From Candidatus Latescibacterota bacterium (GTDB lineage Bacteria > Latescibacterota > UBA2968), in the NCBI GenBank assembly GCA_965116885.1, contig OZ220741.1, positions 192,001 to 256,000 of the forward strand: DNA of 64,000 nt, read 5' to 3'. A program made the position numbers and the translations under genes. Positions 22,041 through 32,380 of this stretch are shown one piece after another (position 1 is the stretch's first letter; each line of letters starts with the position of its first letter). The notes under the pieces are model-generated. The model was not told the origin of the DNA, made no database searches, and worked only from the letters and a program-made list of their open reading frames with translations.

Positions 22041-25000
22041 CTACCACTTGATGCGCAAGCTGAATTGCATCTCGCGCGGAGAATCCCAATAGTTGCCGAT
22101 ATCGTTGATTTCCGGTGCTTGCAGACCCAGCGCAAGAATATCGACATTGGTAGGCTCTAAGCCCATGATTCCATATTTCTGATAGCGATCAGAATCCCAA
22201 TCTTCCGGGACCCCACCAAGGGCATTCTGGCGCCAGTCCTTCTGATTGAACAAATTGTAGATCTCCACAGCCACGGTTATGTTCACGCCCGACATATTGC
22301 CAAACACCTTCTCGGCATTGAAGTCTGCACGCGTATGGAGGGGACCTTGACGGAATCCCTGAATACCACCCGTGCTATACGTAAACCTGTTACCCGCGTA
22401 GAGATAATACACCAGATTGGAACGAATATTGCCCAGTGCTTTGCCACCAAAAGGACCGTAATTCGATGGCGTCGCAAACAAGAACGTAATCGAACCATAG
22501 CTGCGGCGGTCGGCGGTCAGCGGGGCGCGCTCGCCAGATTCCTGGTTGTGCGCCACTGCCAGCGTGCCTTCGCCACTTCCCGGATTGCCGGGATGGTTGC
22601 CAGCGCGTTCCCAGTATTCCCTATCTCCATCGTCGTAATGACCCAGACTCGTGCGGGCTTCATTGGCGATAAACTGCGCGCCTTCTGACGAATAGTGAGA
22701 ATACCAGGGAATCCACGACCACGCACCACCGGTGCCGGTGAAATTCACTATTCTGGTATGTTGGGTCCGCAAATAAGTATTCGCCTGGTTTCCATACGCC
22801 TCAATGTAGTGATTATCGGGTAACCCTTCGCGACGCGCTTTTTCCTGCAATGACACGGGAATCTCTGCACCCGTCGTGGGATCGACATCCCAGGAGTTCC
22901 AATAGTACCCACTGGCTACGAACTGAGAATCCGGCCATACATCGCGGCGGTGCGCGCTATTGCGCCCTCCGTCTGCCCACTGCAGGTTGTAGCCCACATT
23001 GAACGAGAACATGTTCGAGAATTTCTTGCGCAAATTGATCTCGAAACCGCGAACATCGCGCCAGTCGCCCGGCCCATGGCCTTGAACGCCCGTCACGTAC
23101 TGATGGCCTCCTGGATCGATCCACTGCTGTGAGGCGCCTCTGATCCTATTGCCCGACGCCTTGTAAAAAGTCGTCAAACCGAGCACATAATCGCTCACAA
23201 AGTTCCAGTCTAAGCCCACCTCAAAAGAAGTGGTTTCTTCGGGCGGCAAATACGGCGTGCCGTGTCGTGAACCCGAGTCATTGAATTCGTTAAACTGTTC
23301 GCCGGGATCAATCACGCCATTGCCATTCAGATCCCTATCCACGGCCTCATTGGACGTGAACTGGTTCATGAACATTTCGTTGAATTTCGGGCGCTGCGTA
23401 AACCGACCATAGAAGAAGCGTACGAGGCTCTTTTCCGTAATCGGATGCGACACGCCAACGCGAGGCTGAAATGCTTTGATCGTGGGTCCCTTGGTTGTGG
23501 GAATATAGGCGGAACGCGTCATGCCATTCCAGGGAGCCTTAGCACCGTACCAGGCATCGGAGTCTTTGATATAGGTATTCGGGAAGAAAAGCTCGCCCCT
23601 TATACCCGCATTCACAATCATTCCCTCAAACTCGATCTTGTCCTGAATATAGACACCAAAATCAAGGGGATTGAGGCCCACATTGTCCCCATTGGGCCAG
23701 AATGCTGTATCTGTATAATTCTTGGAGAACCAAAGAAGGCTACGGTGCGTGGGACCATTAGACCACCGCTGCTGATGCCAGTTGTTGTAGCGGATGATTT
23801 CCACGCCGGCTTTCACAAAGTTCTGCTTGTTCACCTGGCTGGAAAGATCTGCCTTAAAGCTCAACCGCTTGTGGCTATACATGCTCCAGTTGTGCGTTTC
23901 GCGGTAAATCGTGTAGTGACCTGCCGCATCCTTCACACTCGAAGACGTCAGTTTGTCACCCACCACAAAGTGGGGATGAAATCCCGTCGTGTCGCGCGTC
24001 GTCGTCGAATAGCCCAAATTCACTTCGTAAAAAGTCTTGGGAGACAGAGAATGCGTCACAGCACCGTAAAACAAGGCATCTGTGGTAACGTGGTTACCCG
24101 TTGGATTTACGACGTGCAAAAAGATATTTTTACCGCTGTTGCGCAAATCCAATCTGCCGCCTTCGCTCGGGCCACCAAAGGTCCCTTCACTGCTATTGTA
24201 AATCCCCCCTAATCTCAATTTCAAGCTGGGAGAAGCAGAAAACGTCAGCTTCCCCGTATTCCGCGTATTTGGGGGCGTCGTCAAATTGGCATTCAACAAT
24301 GAATTTGGCTCTTTGCGCCAGACCGTACTGGCAAAAAATGTCATGTCCTGACTCAGCGGACCCGCGATATTGGCATCGATGCGATGTCCCATTTTGCCCG
24401 TGTAGTCCAGACGTTTGTGCGCCTGCACGATGTCATTGGCACCATCGCCATCGAGATCAGCGGGGATCTCGACCTGCTCTGCAACCCAGGCGGCATTATC
24501 CCACTGGTTGCTACCCCGGTGCATGGGCGAATCGTACACATTCGCACCCCAGTGCTTCTGTCCGGCAGGTGTGAATCGATAGTCCAGCATACCGCTGTAT
24601 GACGAGCCACCATCGCGCGTCACCATCGAAACCACGCCACCCTGGGCATTGCCATACTCGGCGTTGTAACCACCCGTAATCACCTGGAGTTCCTGAACCG
24701 CACTCTTGTTCAAGCTCCGTCCAATACCCGTGCGAGAACCATAGGAGTCGGTCGTTGAAATGCGAACGCCATCCACGATGTATGCCACATCCTCGCGGTC
24801 GCCGCCGCGGATCATAAGATCATCGCCTTCGGCATCGATTGAAACACCAGCCTGAAGCTCGATGAACTCGCCCATATCGCGCACGATGGGCACGGCCTCG
24901 AGATCCTCGGCACTCATAATATACTTACTCGTCGTCTTATCTGGCTCAACCGGCGGACGCTCTGCAATCACCGTGATTTCGCCCAATTCCAGAGCTGCCT

Positions 25001-25313
25001 CTCGAATCTGGAAATCAACCGTCGTCGTCAAGTCAGTTTGAACCCTGATGTCGGTCTGGCGCTGTGAGTCATAACCCACCAGCGAGGCTGTCATTGAATA
25101 CGTGCCGGGATCGACGAGCAAAATCACAAAAAATCCATCGCTATCGGTGACCGCACCGCGCTGTGTGCCTTCAATCACCACATTGGCACCCGGCAATACC
25201 TCACCCGTCTGCGCATCGCGCACTGTACCCTGCATTTTTCCCGTTGTCGCGGCATACGAAACACCCGCGCTAACAAGCAAGGACAGCACAACTATTGAAA
25301 GTATCTTTTGCAT
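22041..25313 (-). CDS. TonB-dependent receptor with N-terminal carboxypeptidase-regulatory-like domain
   Basis: TTGKMQGTVRDAQTGEVLPGANV, plug IRGG..YIVDG, TGGYNAEYG, QDKIEF, QPRVGVSHPI; terminal Trp. GGAGG RBS. Confidence 0.9.
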   Translation of the reverse strand: MQKILSIVVLSLLVSAGVSYAATTGKMQGTVRDAQTGEVLPGANVVIEGTQRGAVTDSDGFFVILLVDPGTYSMTASLVGYDSQRQTDIRVQTDLTTTVDFQIREAALELGEITVIAERPPVEPDKTTSKYIMSAEDLEAVPIVRDMGEFIELQAGVSIDAEGDDLMIRGGDREDVAYIVDGVRISTTDSYGSRTGIGRSLNKSAVQELQVITGGYNAEYGNAQGGVVSMVTRDGGSSYSGMLDYRFTPAGQKHWGANVYDSPMHRGSNQWDNAAWVAEQVEIPADLDGDGANDIVQAHKRLDYTGKMGHRIDANIAGPLSQDMTFFASTVWRKEPNSLLNANLTTPPNTRNTGKLTFSASPSLKLRLGGIYNSSEGTFGGPSEGGRLDLRNSGKNIFLHVVNPTGNHVTTDALFYGAVTHSLSPKTFYEVNLGYSTTTRDTTGFHPHFVVGDKLTSSSVKDAAGHYTIYRETHNWSMYSHKRLSFKADLSSQVNKQNFVKAGVEIIRYNNWHQQRWSNGPTHRSLLWFSKNYTDTAFWPNGDNVGLNPLDFGVYIQDKIEFEGMIVNAGIRGELFFPNTYIKDSDAWYGAKAPWNGMTRSAYIPTTKGPTIKAFQPRVGVSHPITEKSLVRFFYGRFTQRPKFNEMFMNQFTSNEAVDRDLNGNGVIDPGEQFNEFNDSGSRHGTPYLPPEETTSFEVGLDWNFVSDYVLGLTTFYKASGNRIRGASQQWIDPGGHQYVTGVQGHGPGDWRDVRGFEINLRKKFSNMFSFNVGYNLQWADGGRNSAHRRDVWPDSQFVASGYYWNSWDVDPTTGAEIPVSLQEKARREGLPDNHYIEAYGNQANTYLRTQHTRIVNFTGTGGAWSWIPWYSHYSSEGAQFIANEARTSLGHYDDGDREYWERAGNHPGNPGSGEGTLAVAHNQESGERAPLTADRRSYGSITFLFATPSNYGPFGGKALGNIRSNLVYYLYAGNRFTYSTGGIQGFRQGPLHTRADFNAEKVFGNMSGVNITVAVEIYNLFNQKDWRQNALGGVPEDWDSDRYQKYGIMGLEPTNVDILALGLQAPEINDIGNYWDSPREMQFSLRIKW

Positions 25314-25328
25314 CAATTTTTACCTCCT

Positions 25329-26102
25329 TTAATCCCAGAAATAGAATTTGAACCCGGCACTCAGATCAAACATCTGAAGCGGAAATGCCTTGTCCAGGCC
25401 CCACGCATCGCGAGGGCGGAGTTCGCCGAGAATAAAATGATACCGCGCACGCACATCCAGCGCGATCGTCTGCGTCACATGCGCTTCCAACCCCAACCCC
25501 AACACTGCGGTCACGGCCGTGCGCGTATCTTCCTGACGGTCCATCACCACCTGGGGCAAAATATCGCCCTGGGCATCCACATTCGTCGCATCTACACCGT
25601 TGGCATCGGTCGGACTCTGCCCGGGCCAAACGATATTTTCTGCTACGGTCTTGTGATCGTACACACCGCCACCCGCAACGATATAGGGTGAAAAACTCCC
25701 CTCATCCATTGAACGGTCTGCATTAAAAAACCACAATCCGGACAACAGCACGCTATTAAAGCGATTCGTGTGCGAACTATTTGGGTTGATATCTTTGCTG
25801 CTATATTGTTTGGCAGTCAAAGCCTTGGGGGACCAGGTAAACTGACCGGTTTCCAGAGCGCCACCGTCCATCTGAGTGTGGTGAAACTCGGCTTCAACGG
25901 TCAGACGAGAGCTACTCACACGACTGGCAGTAAGCCCCCATTTATCCACACCACTGCCAAACCGCTCACCAAAGGTGAACATGGGATTCGTATAGCTGAC
26001 AAACCCGCCCAAACCCCATTTGCCGGCAACCTGAGCCGATGACATGCTTGCCGAAGCCAAAACACCTGCGACGACAAAACCTAAAACTTTATACCATCTC
26101 AA
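25329..26102 (-). CDS. Outer-membrane beta-barrel protein (OmpA/OmpW-like)
   Basis: Signal peptide; SPYIVAGGG, GLGLE..DVRARYH and GFKFYF motifs; TTG start after AGGAGG. Confidence 0.75.
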   Translation of the reverse strand: MRWYKVLGFVVAGVLASASMSSAQVAGKWGLGGFVSYTNPMFTFGERFGSGVDKWGLTASRVSSSRLTVEAEFHHTQMDGGALETGQFTWSPKALTAKQYSSKDINPNSSHTNRFNSVLLSGLWFFNADRSMDEGSFSPYIVAGGGVYDHKTVAENIVWPGQSPTDANGVDATNVDAQGDILPQVVMDRQEDTRTAVTAVLGLGLEAHVTQTIALDVRARYHFILGELRPRDAWGLDKAFPLQMFDLSAGFKFYFWD

Positions 26103-26255
26103 AGTGCTACCTCCTTTCGCAAACTGCGAAAAATGAACGACTTAACAACTTTACTATGCAACGCAAAACAAATCTGTACGCTATTCACCACCTCCTTTTG
26201 TTTGTTATCACATCTGAAACATATAGCCAAAAAATAGCTATCAAGACACAACAGA

Positions 26256-26343
26256 TTGAAACTTTGTTTCAAAATTGTTTCCAAAAATTCGCTTTAATGT
26301 AAAAAAAAGTAACACGCTATGCAATCATTTTTTTTAGCAATCA
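26256..26343 (-). promoter_or_regulatory. Putative sigma70 promoter and operator sites for the OMP-TonB operon
   Basis: TTGCAT-N17-TACATT (26324..26296); palindrome TTGAAAC-TTT-GTTTCAA (26256..26272); direct repeat TGATTGC x2 overlapping and upstream of the -35. Confidence 0.45.
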
Positions 26344-26359
26344 CTTACAATGCAAACAC

Positions 26360-26431
26360 GGGCGAGGCAGGCCTCGCCCCTACGGCCATTCCACGCCGCG
26401 ATGACGGGACGGCACAGGGGCCGTCCCCTAC
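26360..26431. repeat. Two GTAG-foot REP-like palindromes
   Basis: GGGCGAGGCAGGCCTCGCCCCTAC and GGGACGGCACAGGGGCCGTCCCCTAC. Confidence 0.75.
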
Positions 26432-26469
26432 GCCGATAACCCAATACCTCCCCTCTGTGTTCATCCGTG

Positions 26470-27681
26470 TTAATCTGTGGTTGAATTTCTCGCCTCTAAT
26501 CGCAACCGCTTTGCCTCCGTGCGGATCTTATCCATCTCCATCTTCATCCGCACAATACCCTCCCAATGCGTATAATCTGGCGAATGGTGATACGCCGCCT
26601 TAAACGTGGTCGCGTGATAAAACTTGAACAACCTGAAAAACGCCTGTTCAATCTCCGATGTATTTTCGTACATCTGCTGCCCGCCCAGTTCAAAAGCGTG
26701 TCCAACCACTGGATTCGCCGGACGGTCCTCCGGCATCGGATCCAGCATTTTTTCATCGTACAACGCCTTAATCACCGCATAAGACTCTGCAACCAGCGCG
26801 TCTGCCTCGCGCTTAATCGCATCCGCGCGCTCGAGACTCTCGCGAGAAAATCGATTGGAATGACACGGCGCGCACACCTGCAACATCGCATTCCGATTCG
26901 CTTCAAACGCCTCTCTCGTCAAACGCTTCATCGCCAGATGCGGCAAAAAATCCTCCTCGAGTACCGCACCCGTAAACACCGCACCCAACCCAATATTTGC
27001 CACATGCCCGTGATCGCCATTGGGCATGTGGCACGTCACACAACTCGGCGACTTCTCGGCATCCCTATCCGCATAATACAAAACCCCGTGAATACTCGTC
27101 TTATACGCCTCCATCACCGGATGGTCCGGACCGCCGTGACAAACGGCACATGCCTCGGGTTCTCGCGCAAGCGCAGCACTAAATTCATGACTCGGATGAC
27201 AAGTATTGCACCCCCCCACGCTACCATCGGCAAACCGGGCACCAATGTTGTGACACCCCATACACCCCTCTTCTTGCATCGCGCGCGACTGCGCCAAAAA
27301 ACGCGCATCCGACAACGCGGCCAGTTCCGCATCGGCATGCCCGCTCTCTGCAAATGCCTCGACCTCTTCTGCATGGCATTTGCCACACATACCCGCCGAC
27401 ACCTGTCCCCGAACAGCAAAAACCGTCTCGTGGTTCTCCCCATGACAATCCGCACACCCCACATTGGCTCGAAAATGGGCACTCTCGCGCCACTGCTTGT
27501 CCATGCCCGGATCGATATTCCGATGGCATCCTTCGCACGACTGGTCACTCTGGATGCGCCACAAAAAACCCGGGTGTTCAGCAAACCGAACCGCCTCCTC
27601 GGGCTGCAACAAATAAAACACACCAAAGACGCAACCCAACGCCAGCACGCCAACACCGACAATTTTCATCCAGACCTTCAC
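26470..27681 (-). CDS. Hydroxylamine oxidoreductase (HAO)-like octaheme cytochrome c
   Basis: Eight CxxCH motifs (CEGCH, CADCH, CGKCH, CMGCH, CNTCH, CAVCH, CVTCH, CAPCH); HEFS..AREPEAC..CHGGPDHP..YKTSIHG; AYHHSPDYTHWEG; N-terminal TM anchor. Confidence 0.85.
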   Translation of the reverse strand: MKVWMKIVGVGVLALGCVFGVFYLLQPEEAVRFAEHPGFLWRIQSDQSCEGCHRNIDPGMDKQWRESAHFRANVGCADCHGENHETVFAVRGQVSAGMCGKCHAEEVEAFAESGHADAELAALSDARFLAQSRAMQEEGCMGCHNIGARFADGSVGGCNTCHPSHEFSAALAREPEACAVCHGGPDHPVMEAYKTSIHGVLYYADRDAEKSPSCVTCHMPNGDHGHVANIGLGAVFTGAVLEEDFLPHLAMKRLTREAFEANRNAMLQVCAPCHSNRFSRESLERADAIKREADALVAESYAVIKALYDEKMLDPMPEDRPANPVVGHAFELGGQQMYENTSEIEQAFFRLFKFYHATTFKAAYHHSPDYTHWEGIVRMKMEMDKIRTEAKRLRLEARNSTTD

Positions 27682-30494
27682 AATTCACGCCCTTCCAATC
27701 CTCGCAACAAATCGCGCGCCTGCACATTGCCCGGCTCTCGCGCAATCACGCGCCGCAAAACCGCAATCGCACTATCTCGCTGCCCGCTTATGGCATAAGC
27801 CTGCCCCATAAACAACTCCAACCCCTGCGCTTCTGGCTCCAGCACCCACGCCTGTCGATACACAGACAGCGCACCTTCTAAATCGCCGCGCTCCTGTACA
27901 ACCGTACCCAGCACCGTAAGCGCAGGCACATAAAAAGAATCGACAATCAACGCATCCAGCAGGTGAGATTCCGCAACCTCTAACTCGCCCAAATCAGCGC
28001 GAATAAGCCCCTGCATCGCATACACATCAGCGCGGTTGGCATGGTATTTTTTCGCAACCTCAAAATGCGGCAACGCATCTGCCAGCGCACCCTGAACATA
28101 GACGCGGTGCCCAGCGGCAAAAGCCGAATCCGACTTTGCAATCCCCACATCTCGCGCCTGCCTGCCCAACCCAAACAATCCCGTACCCGCATCCTCCATT
28201 TCCAACGCCCTGCGGTATGCCGCGCGCGCCAATGCCCAATCGCCCGACAGCGCGTGTGCCGTCCCCTTTTCCACCCAATCGCCTATCGGCATCTCATCAA
28301 ACTCATAATCATCGCGTACCTCAACATCCCCAGCCGAAAACGCCAACAACGCGAGTTGTCGAATCGCCGGTTTGTATCCCGGCGCAACAGCAAGTGCGCG
28401 GCGATAGGCTTCAATAGCACCTGCGCGGTCTCTACTACCCCACAGCGCATTGCCCACAGCGGTATGCAAAACGGGCGAACCATCGCGCACATCGTCAAAA
28501 GCAACCGCGGCATCTACATAGCGACCATGGTGCAACAGCAATGCACCTGCGCGCAGTCGAGAAGTCAAATCATCCTTCCCCTTCAGCAACGCCCTCATCT
28601 GCTCAAAACGCTCCTGTTTTCCCTCCAATCGCGCCAGATCAGTCGCGGTCTCCGGATGCCGGGGGTCCAACTTTGCAACAATTTCAAATTCCCGCCTCGC
28701 ATCTTCAAAAAACCCCTGCGCCTCATACACCTGCCCCAAACTCTCGTGAAAGCCCGGGTCATCGCCCTGCACGCCATACACCACATCGCGATGCTCCTCA
28801 AGTGCCTTGCGAAACGCATCGCCCACAGCAGAACCATCCGGCAAATAGCCAATATCCATCAACGCGAACGGCGCTTGCACCCGCACAATGCGCGCCGAAT
28901 CGGACAACGCATCCAAAAGCGCGGGCAAACCGCGCACATCGCCCAAACGCCCCAGCGAAATCGCCGCTTTCATCCGCACCATCGCCTGCGAATCACCCAT
29001 CGCCTCAACCAGCACCGGCACCACACGCGCATCCCCCAAACCGCCCAGCAAAGACGCAGCCGTTGCACGCCACACCGCACTCTCTGCCCCGTCGTTTACC
29101 AACCGCGCCAACGGCACCACACCGCTGCCCTTTTGCCCATTGGCAATCGCCGTTGTACGCGCCACAATTTCGTCCTGATAATCACCATACCACTGCTTTG
29201 CCCACGACGAAGCCCATTGTGCGGACTTATCGCCGTGACACTGATTGCACGCATTGGGCACGCCATTGACCACCGTATTTTCCGGTGCAGGAGATGCAAT
29301 GCGGTGATCCGTCAGATTCTCCCCCGTCACATAGTGATACGGCATGTGACACTGCACGCATTGATTGCCCGCACTCCCCGCGCGGTGATGCCCATGCGCG
29401 ACCGGATCGGCTGCAATATCTTCATGACACGTTTCGCACAACCCCACGCCATTTCGATCCGCCACCAGATCGACATCGCGCGCTGTTCCGTGCGCGTCGT
29501 GGCACGTCGTACACGTCAACTCGCCCTGAATATAACACGCACTCATCAAATGCAATGCCGCGGGATACAAATAAACCCGGGGCTGTCCATCCGGATAAAA
29601 AATCGCCTCGTCATCTGGCAACACAAGAGAATAATAATCGTAAAAATTCTCACCTGGCAAATACCCGGTCGCCACAATTTCCTTGGCCGCATGACACTGG
29701 GCACACACCTCGACAGACCGTTCCTTGTCCAGCGACCGCAATAACAGCAAATGCAGCGGAGCATCGACTTGTCCGCGCGTCTCATCGTGTTTGCCCGACG
29801 GCCCATGGCACGCCTCGCAATCAATACTCAGACTGCCCACAGTCGTGCGATAAGACTGGGACGCCACATCGTAATGCTTTTGCACCCGGCTGGCATGGCA
29901 ATCAAAACAGTGAAAATTCCACGTGCGTCCCGCATTCGTCCAATAATAATAATCTTCTCTCGCCAAGGGCCGCGACTGAGCCACCACACCTCCTTCTTGA
30001 GCATCGACCCAATCATTTGTCGCGCCATCGTGATACAGCGGCAACACCTGCCATCGCCCATTGGGAAAAGCCGTCAAATAAGCCTGGTGCTGCCGCATGC
30101 CAATCGCGTAATCCACGCGATAAGCCCCCACTCGCCCTTCCTCATCCTCAGTCTGCATATAATACGCATCGCCCCTGCGAAACATGCGCGAACGCACACC
30201 GCCATACACATGGGACACATTGTCAAAATCGCCCACAATCGTCGAATCACTCGGCACAGTCATCGCGACACTGTGCAAACTCTGCCGCCACTCGGCATAC
30301 TTGTCGGTATGGCATGCCGCGCACCGTTCCACCCCGGTAAACCCCGGCTCAGAAGCGCGCACCAAATTGGGCACCTCGCGCTCCCGGCTGCACGACGCAA
30401 ACACCAGAATCACCCATAAAAAGCAACCACAGATGAACACCGATAAACACCGATAAAAAGCAAGATACAAGATGTGAAATTTTCTGCACCGCAT
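27678..30494 (-). CDS. Multiheme (8 CxxCH) cytochrome c lipoprotein with HEAT and TPR repeats
   Basis: CAACH, CFDCH, CEACH, CAQCH, CTTCH, CETCH, CVQCH, CNQCH; FASC lipobox; HEAT repeats (VRMKAAISLG) and a TPR C-terminal half. Confidence 0.85.
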   Translation of the reverse strand: MRCRKFHILYLAFYRCLSVFICGCFLWVILVFASCSREREVPNLVRASEPGFTGVERCAACHTDKYAEWRQSLHSVAMTVPSDSTIVGDFDNVSHVYGGVRSRMFRRGDAYYMQTEDEEGRVGAYRVDYAIGMRQHQAYLTAFPNGRWQVLPLYHDGATNDWVDAQEGGVVAQSRPLAREDYYYWTNAGRTWNFHCFDCHASRVQKHYDVASQSYRTTVGSLSIDCEACHGPSGKHDETRGQVDAPLHLLLLRSLDKERSVEVCAQCHAAKEIVATGYLPGENFYDYYSLVLPDDEAIFYPDGQPRVYLYPAALHLMSACYIQGELTCTTCHDAHGTARDVDLVADRNGVGLCETCHEDIAADPVAHGHHRAGSAGNQCVQCHMPYHYVTGENLTDHRIASPAPENTVVNGVPNACNQCHGDKSAQWASSWAKQWYGDYQDEIVARTTAIANGQKGSGVVPLARLVNDGAESAVWRATAASLLGGLGDARVVPVLVEAMGDSQAMVRMKAAISLGRLGDVRGLPALLDALSDSARIVRVQAPFALMDIGYLPDGSAVGDAFRKALEEHRDVVYGVQGDDPGFHESLGQVYEAQGFFEDARREFEIVAKLDPRHPETATDLARLEGKQERFEQMRALLKGKDDLTSRLRAGALLLHHGRYVDAAVAFDDVRDGSPVLHTAVGNALWGSRDRAGAIEAYRRALAVAPGYKPAIRQLALLAFSAGDVEVRDDYEFDEMPIGDWVEKGTAHALSGDWALARAAYRRALEMEDAGTGLFGLGRQARDVGIAKSDSAFAAGHRVYVQGALADALPHFEVAKKYHANRADVYAMQGLIRADLGELEVAESHLLDALIVDSFYVPALTVLGTVVQERGDLEGALSVYRQAWVLEPEAQGLELFMGQAYAISGQRDSAIAVLRRVIAREPGNVQARDLLRGLEGREL

Positions 30495-30506
30495 AACACG
30501 TCCTGA

Positions 30507-31358
30507 CTAACGCGCCTGTACCTCTCCCCGCGCACACCGAAATCCGATATAAGCAAATATTTCGATATCAAAATCGTCGCGCGCCAGAGCCTGCTCTTCC
30601 ATAATCAAAACCGTACTCCGCACAAACACGCGGATACTGGGTTGTGGTGAAAACCAGCCCCCACCGCGAAGCGTGCGGTCTGGCCCATCTTCCATACCTG
30701 AATTTTGCAAATTCACCGGATTGTGCCTGGGGCTATTTGCGTAATACGTATGCTGGTATTCATCTATCGTCCACTCCCACACATTGCCCGCCATATCCAT
30801 CGCGCCATAAGGACTTGCACCATTCGGATAACTGCCCACAGGCATGGGACCCGAACTGAAATTGAAATTACACAGCGATTCACTCGCAGGCTCATTGCCC
30901 CAGGGAAACACCCGCCCATCCGTACCCGCAGCGGCCAACTCCCACTGCGCTTCACTCGGCAATTGCAAACCCGCCCACAGGCAATAATCTCGCGCCTGAG
31001 ACCACAAAACCCCCACCGCTGGCTGATCGGCTTGATCGAAACCCTCTACTTGAAAGTACAGCGGAGGTTCATTTCCCGTAGCCTCAACAAAAGCCAAATA
31101 CTGCGCGTTGGTCACCTCGTATTTATCGATATAAAAAGCGTCGAGCATCACCTCGTGCGGCGGACGCTCATTCGAAGGCCCATCGCTCGACCCCATCGTA
31201 AAAGTGCTGGCCGGAACAAAAACCTGCACATGCTCCGTACCCGCAGGCGTGGTCACAACAGATTCTTCAATCACATATTCTGGATCAGTCGCCTTGCTAC
31301 AAGCCATGACCAATGCAATACCCAAAATTCCAAAATAATAGATCGCTTTTGGTATCAT
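30507..31358 (-). CDS. FGE-sulfatase (SUMF1) domain lipoprotein, non-canonical
   Basis: FTMGS, EVTNAQY, LPSEAQWE, DMAGNVWEW, RGG and GFRCA motifs; VMAC lipobox after ATG 31358; lacks the catalytic Cys pair. Confidence 0.85.
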   Translation of the reverse strand: MIPKAIYYFGILGIALVMACSKATDPEYVIEESVVTTPAGTEHVQVFVPASTFTMGSSDGPSNERPPHEVMLDAFYIDKYEVTNAQYLAFVEATGNEPPLYFQVEGFDQADQPAVGVLWSQARDYCLWAGLQLPSEAQWELAAAGTDGRVFPWGNEPASESLCNFNFSSGPMPVGSYPNGASPYGAMDMAGNVWEWTIDEYQHTYYANSPRHNPVNLQNSGMEDGPDRTLRGGGWFSPQPSIRVFVRSTVLIMEEQALARDDFDIEIFAYIGFRCARGEVQAR

Positions 31359-31369
31359 TGCATTCTCCA

Positions 31370-32380
31370 TCACGTCCAAACAATATAATTGCCCGAATCC
31401 ACCATAATGCGATGCACATACGTCTCGATCATCGCGTGGTCCCGCTCGTGTTCTGTAGTGTCTATGCTAAAAGGCCGCAACACCGGAATTTGCATCTCTG
31501 GATCTGTCCAATCTTGCACATAAACCGAAGATTTCATACCGCTCAACACCACCTGAATATCGGTTATCAAATCATCCGTAAAATGATTGGGCAAATCCCA
31601 CAGTGCAATCTCGGCATTAAAAGTCTGCAAATCAGACACAAACCGCGTCTTGTGACTCTGAACAGTCTCATTAAACGCCCGCTGCAACGCGATGCGCCCG
31701 TCCAAATGCGTACACGTACGCACCAGAGGTCCCAAATCTTTGGGACATACCACCGCGTGAACCGTCGTCACCTTCTCATTCTCCCCCGGCACGGCCACAG
31801 CCAGCATCTTCTCTGCGACGCGAGGAGTAAAATCCGTTAAATTCGGATCGATAAATTGCCGGTGTTCCAATCCGGGCCAATAAAAATGCCTTCCCACATC
31901 CAGGTGTTCGTGCATCTCCAGCAAACCGTGAAACACGCACTCCAGCACAGTATTGCCCGCCGAAACGCCATTTGCCGAATCATTCAAATGCGGCACATCC
32001 GATGCCTTCATATCGGTCGGCACGAGTTCGACATCAGAAGTCAACTCATAAATCGGAGTCTCTCGCCCGTTCGCCAGCGCGTCAAAAAACGAAATGCGCT
32101 CGACCGCCTCTGCCATCGCCCCCGCCAGCACCTGCTGTTTGGAAAGCCCTTTGCCCATCGTGCGAAGCGCAATACCCTCCATCAGCGGCCCTTCGTATTT
32201 GCGAAACAACGCCGACTGCACGTAATCCGTATAACAATCGGCGATCCACACCGTATCGTAAAACCGCCGCGCGCGCGTTTGAAACCGACACTTTTTGGAC
32301 AGCGCCTCCCCAAACCGCGCAATGGTCTCTTCAAACGGAACCGTGCGATCGGCAATAACGATATGATGCGACTCACTCAT
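31370..32380 (-). CDS. YcaO-like family protein (compact, stand-alone)
   Basis: DRTVPFEET N-terminus; GKGLS...AMAEAVER; SANGVSAGNT...HGLLEMHEH; IALQRAFNETVQS; IPVLR. Confidence 0.75.
   Translation of the reverse strand: MSESHHIVIADRTVPFEETIARFGEALSKKCRFQTRARRFYDTVWIADCYTDYVQSALFRKYEGPLMEGIALRTMGKGLSKQQVLAGAMAEAVERISFFDALANGRETPIYELTSDVELVPTDMKASDVPHLNDSANGVSAGNTVLECVFHGLLEMHEHLDVGRHFYWPGLEHRQFIDPNLTDFTPRVAEKMLAVAVPGENEKVTTVHAVVCPKDLGPLVRTCTHLDGRIALQRAFNETVQSHKTRFVSDLQTFNAEIALWDLPNHFTDDLITDIQVVLSGMKSSVYVQDWTDPEMQIPVLRPFSIDTTEHERDHAMIETYVHRIMVDSGNYIVWT

Noticed and set aside
30507..31358. True formylglycine-generating enzyme for the two sulfatases
   Set aside because: It lacks the catalytic Cys pair after RGG (reads RGGGWFSPQPS) and is a lipoprotein; FGE fold only.
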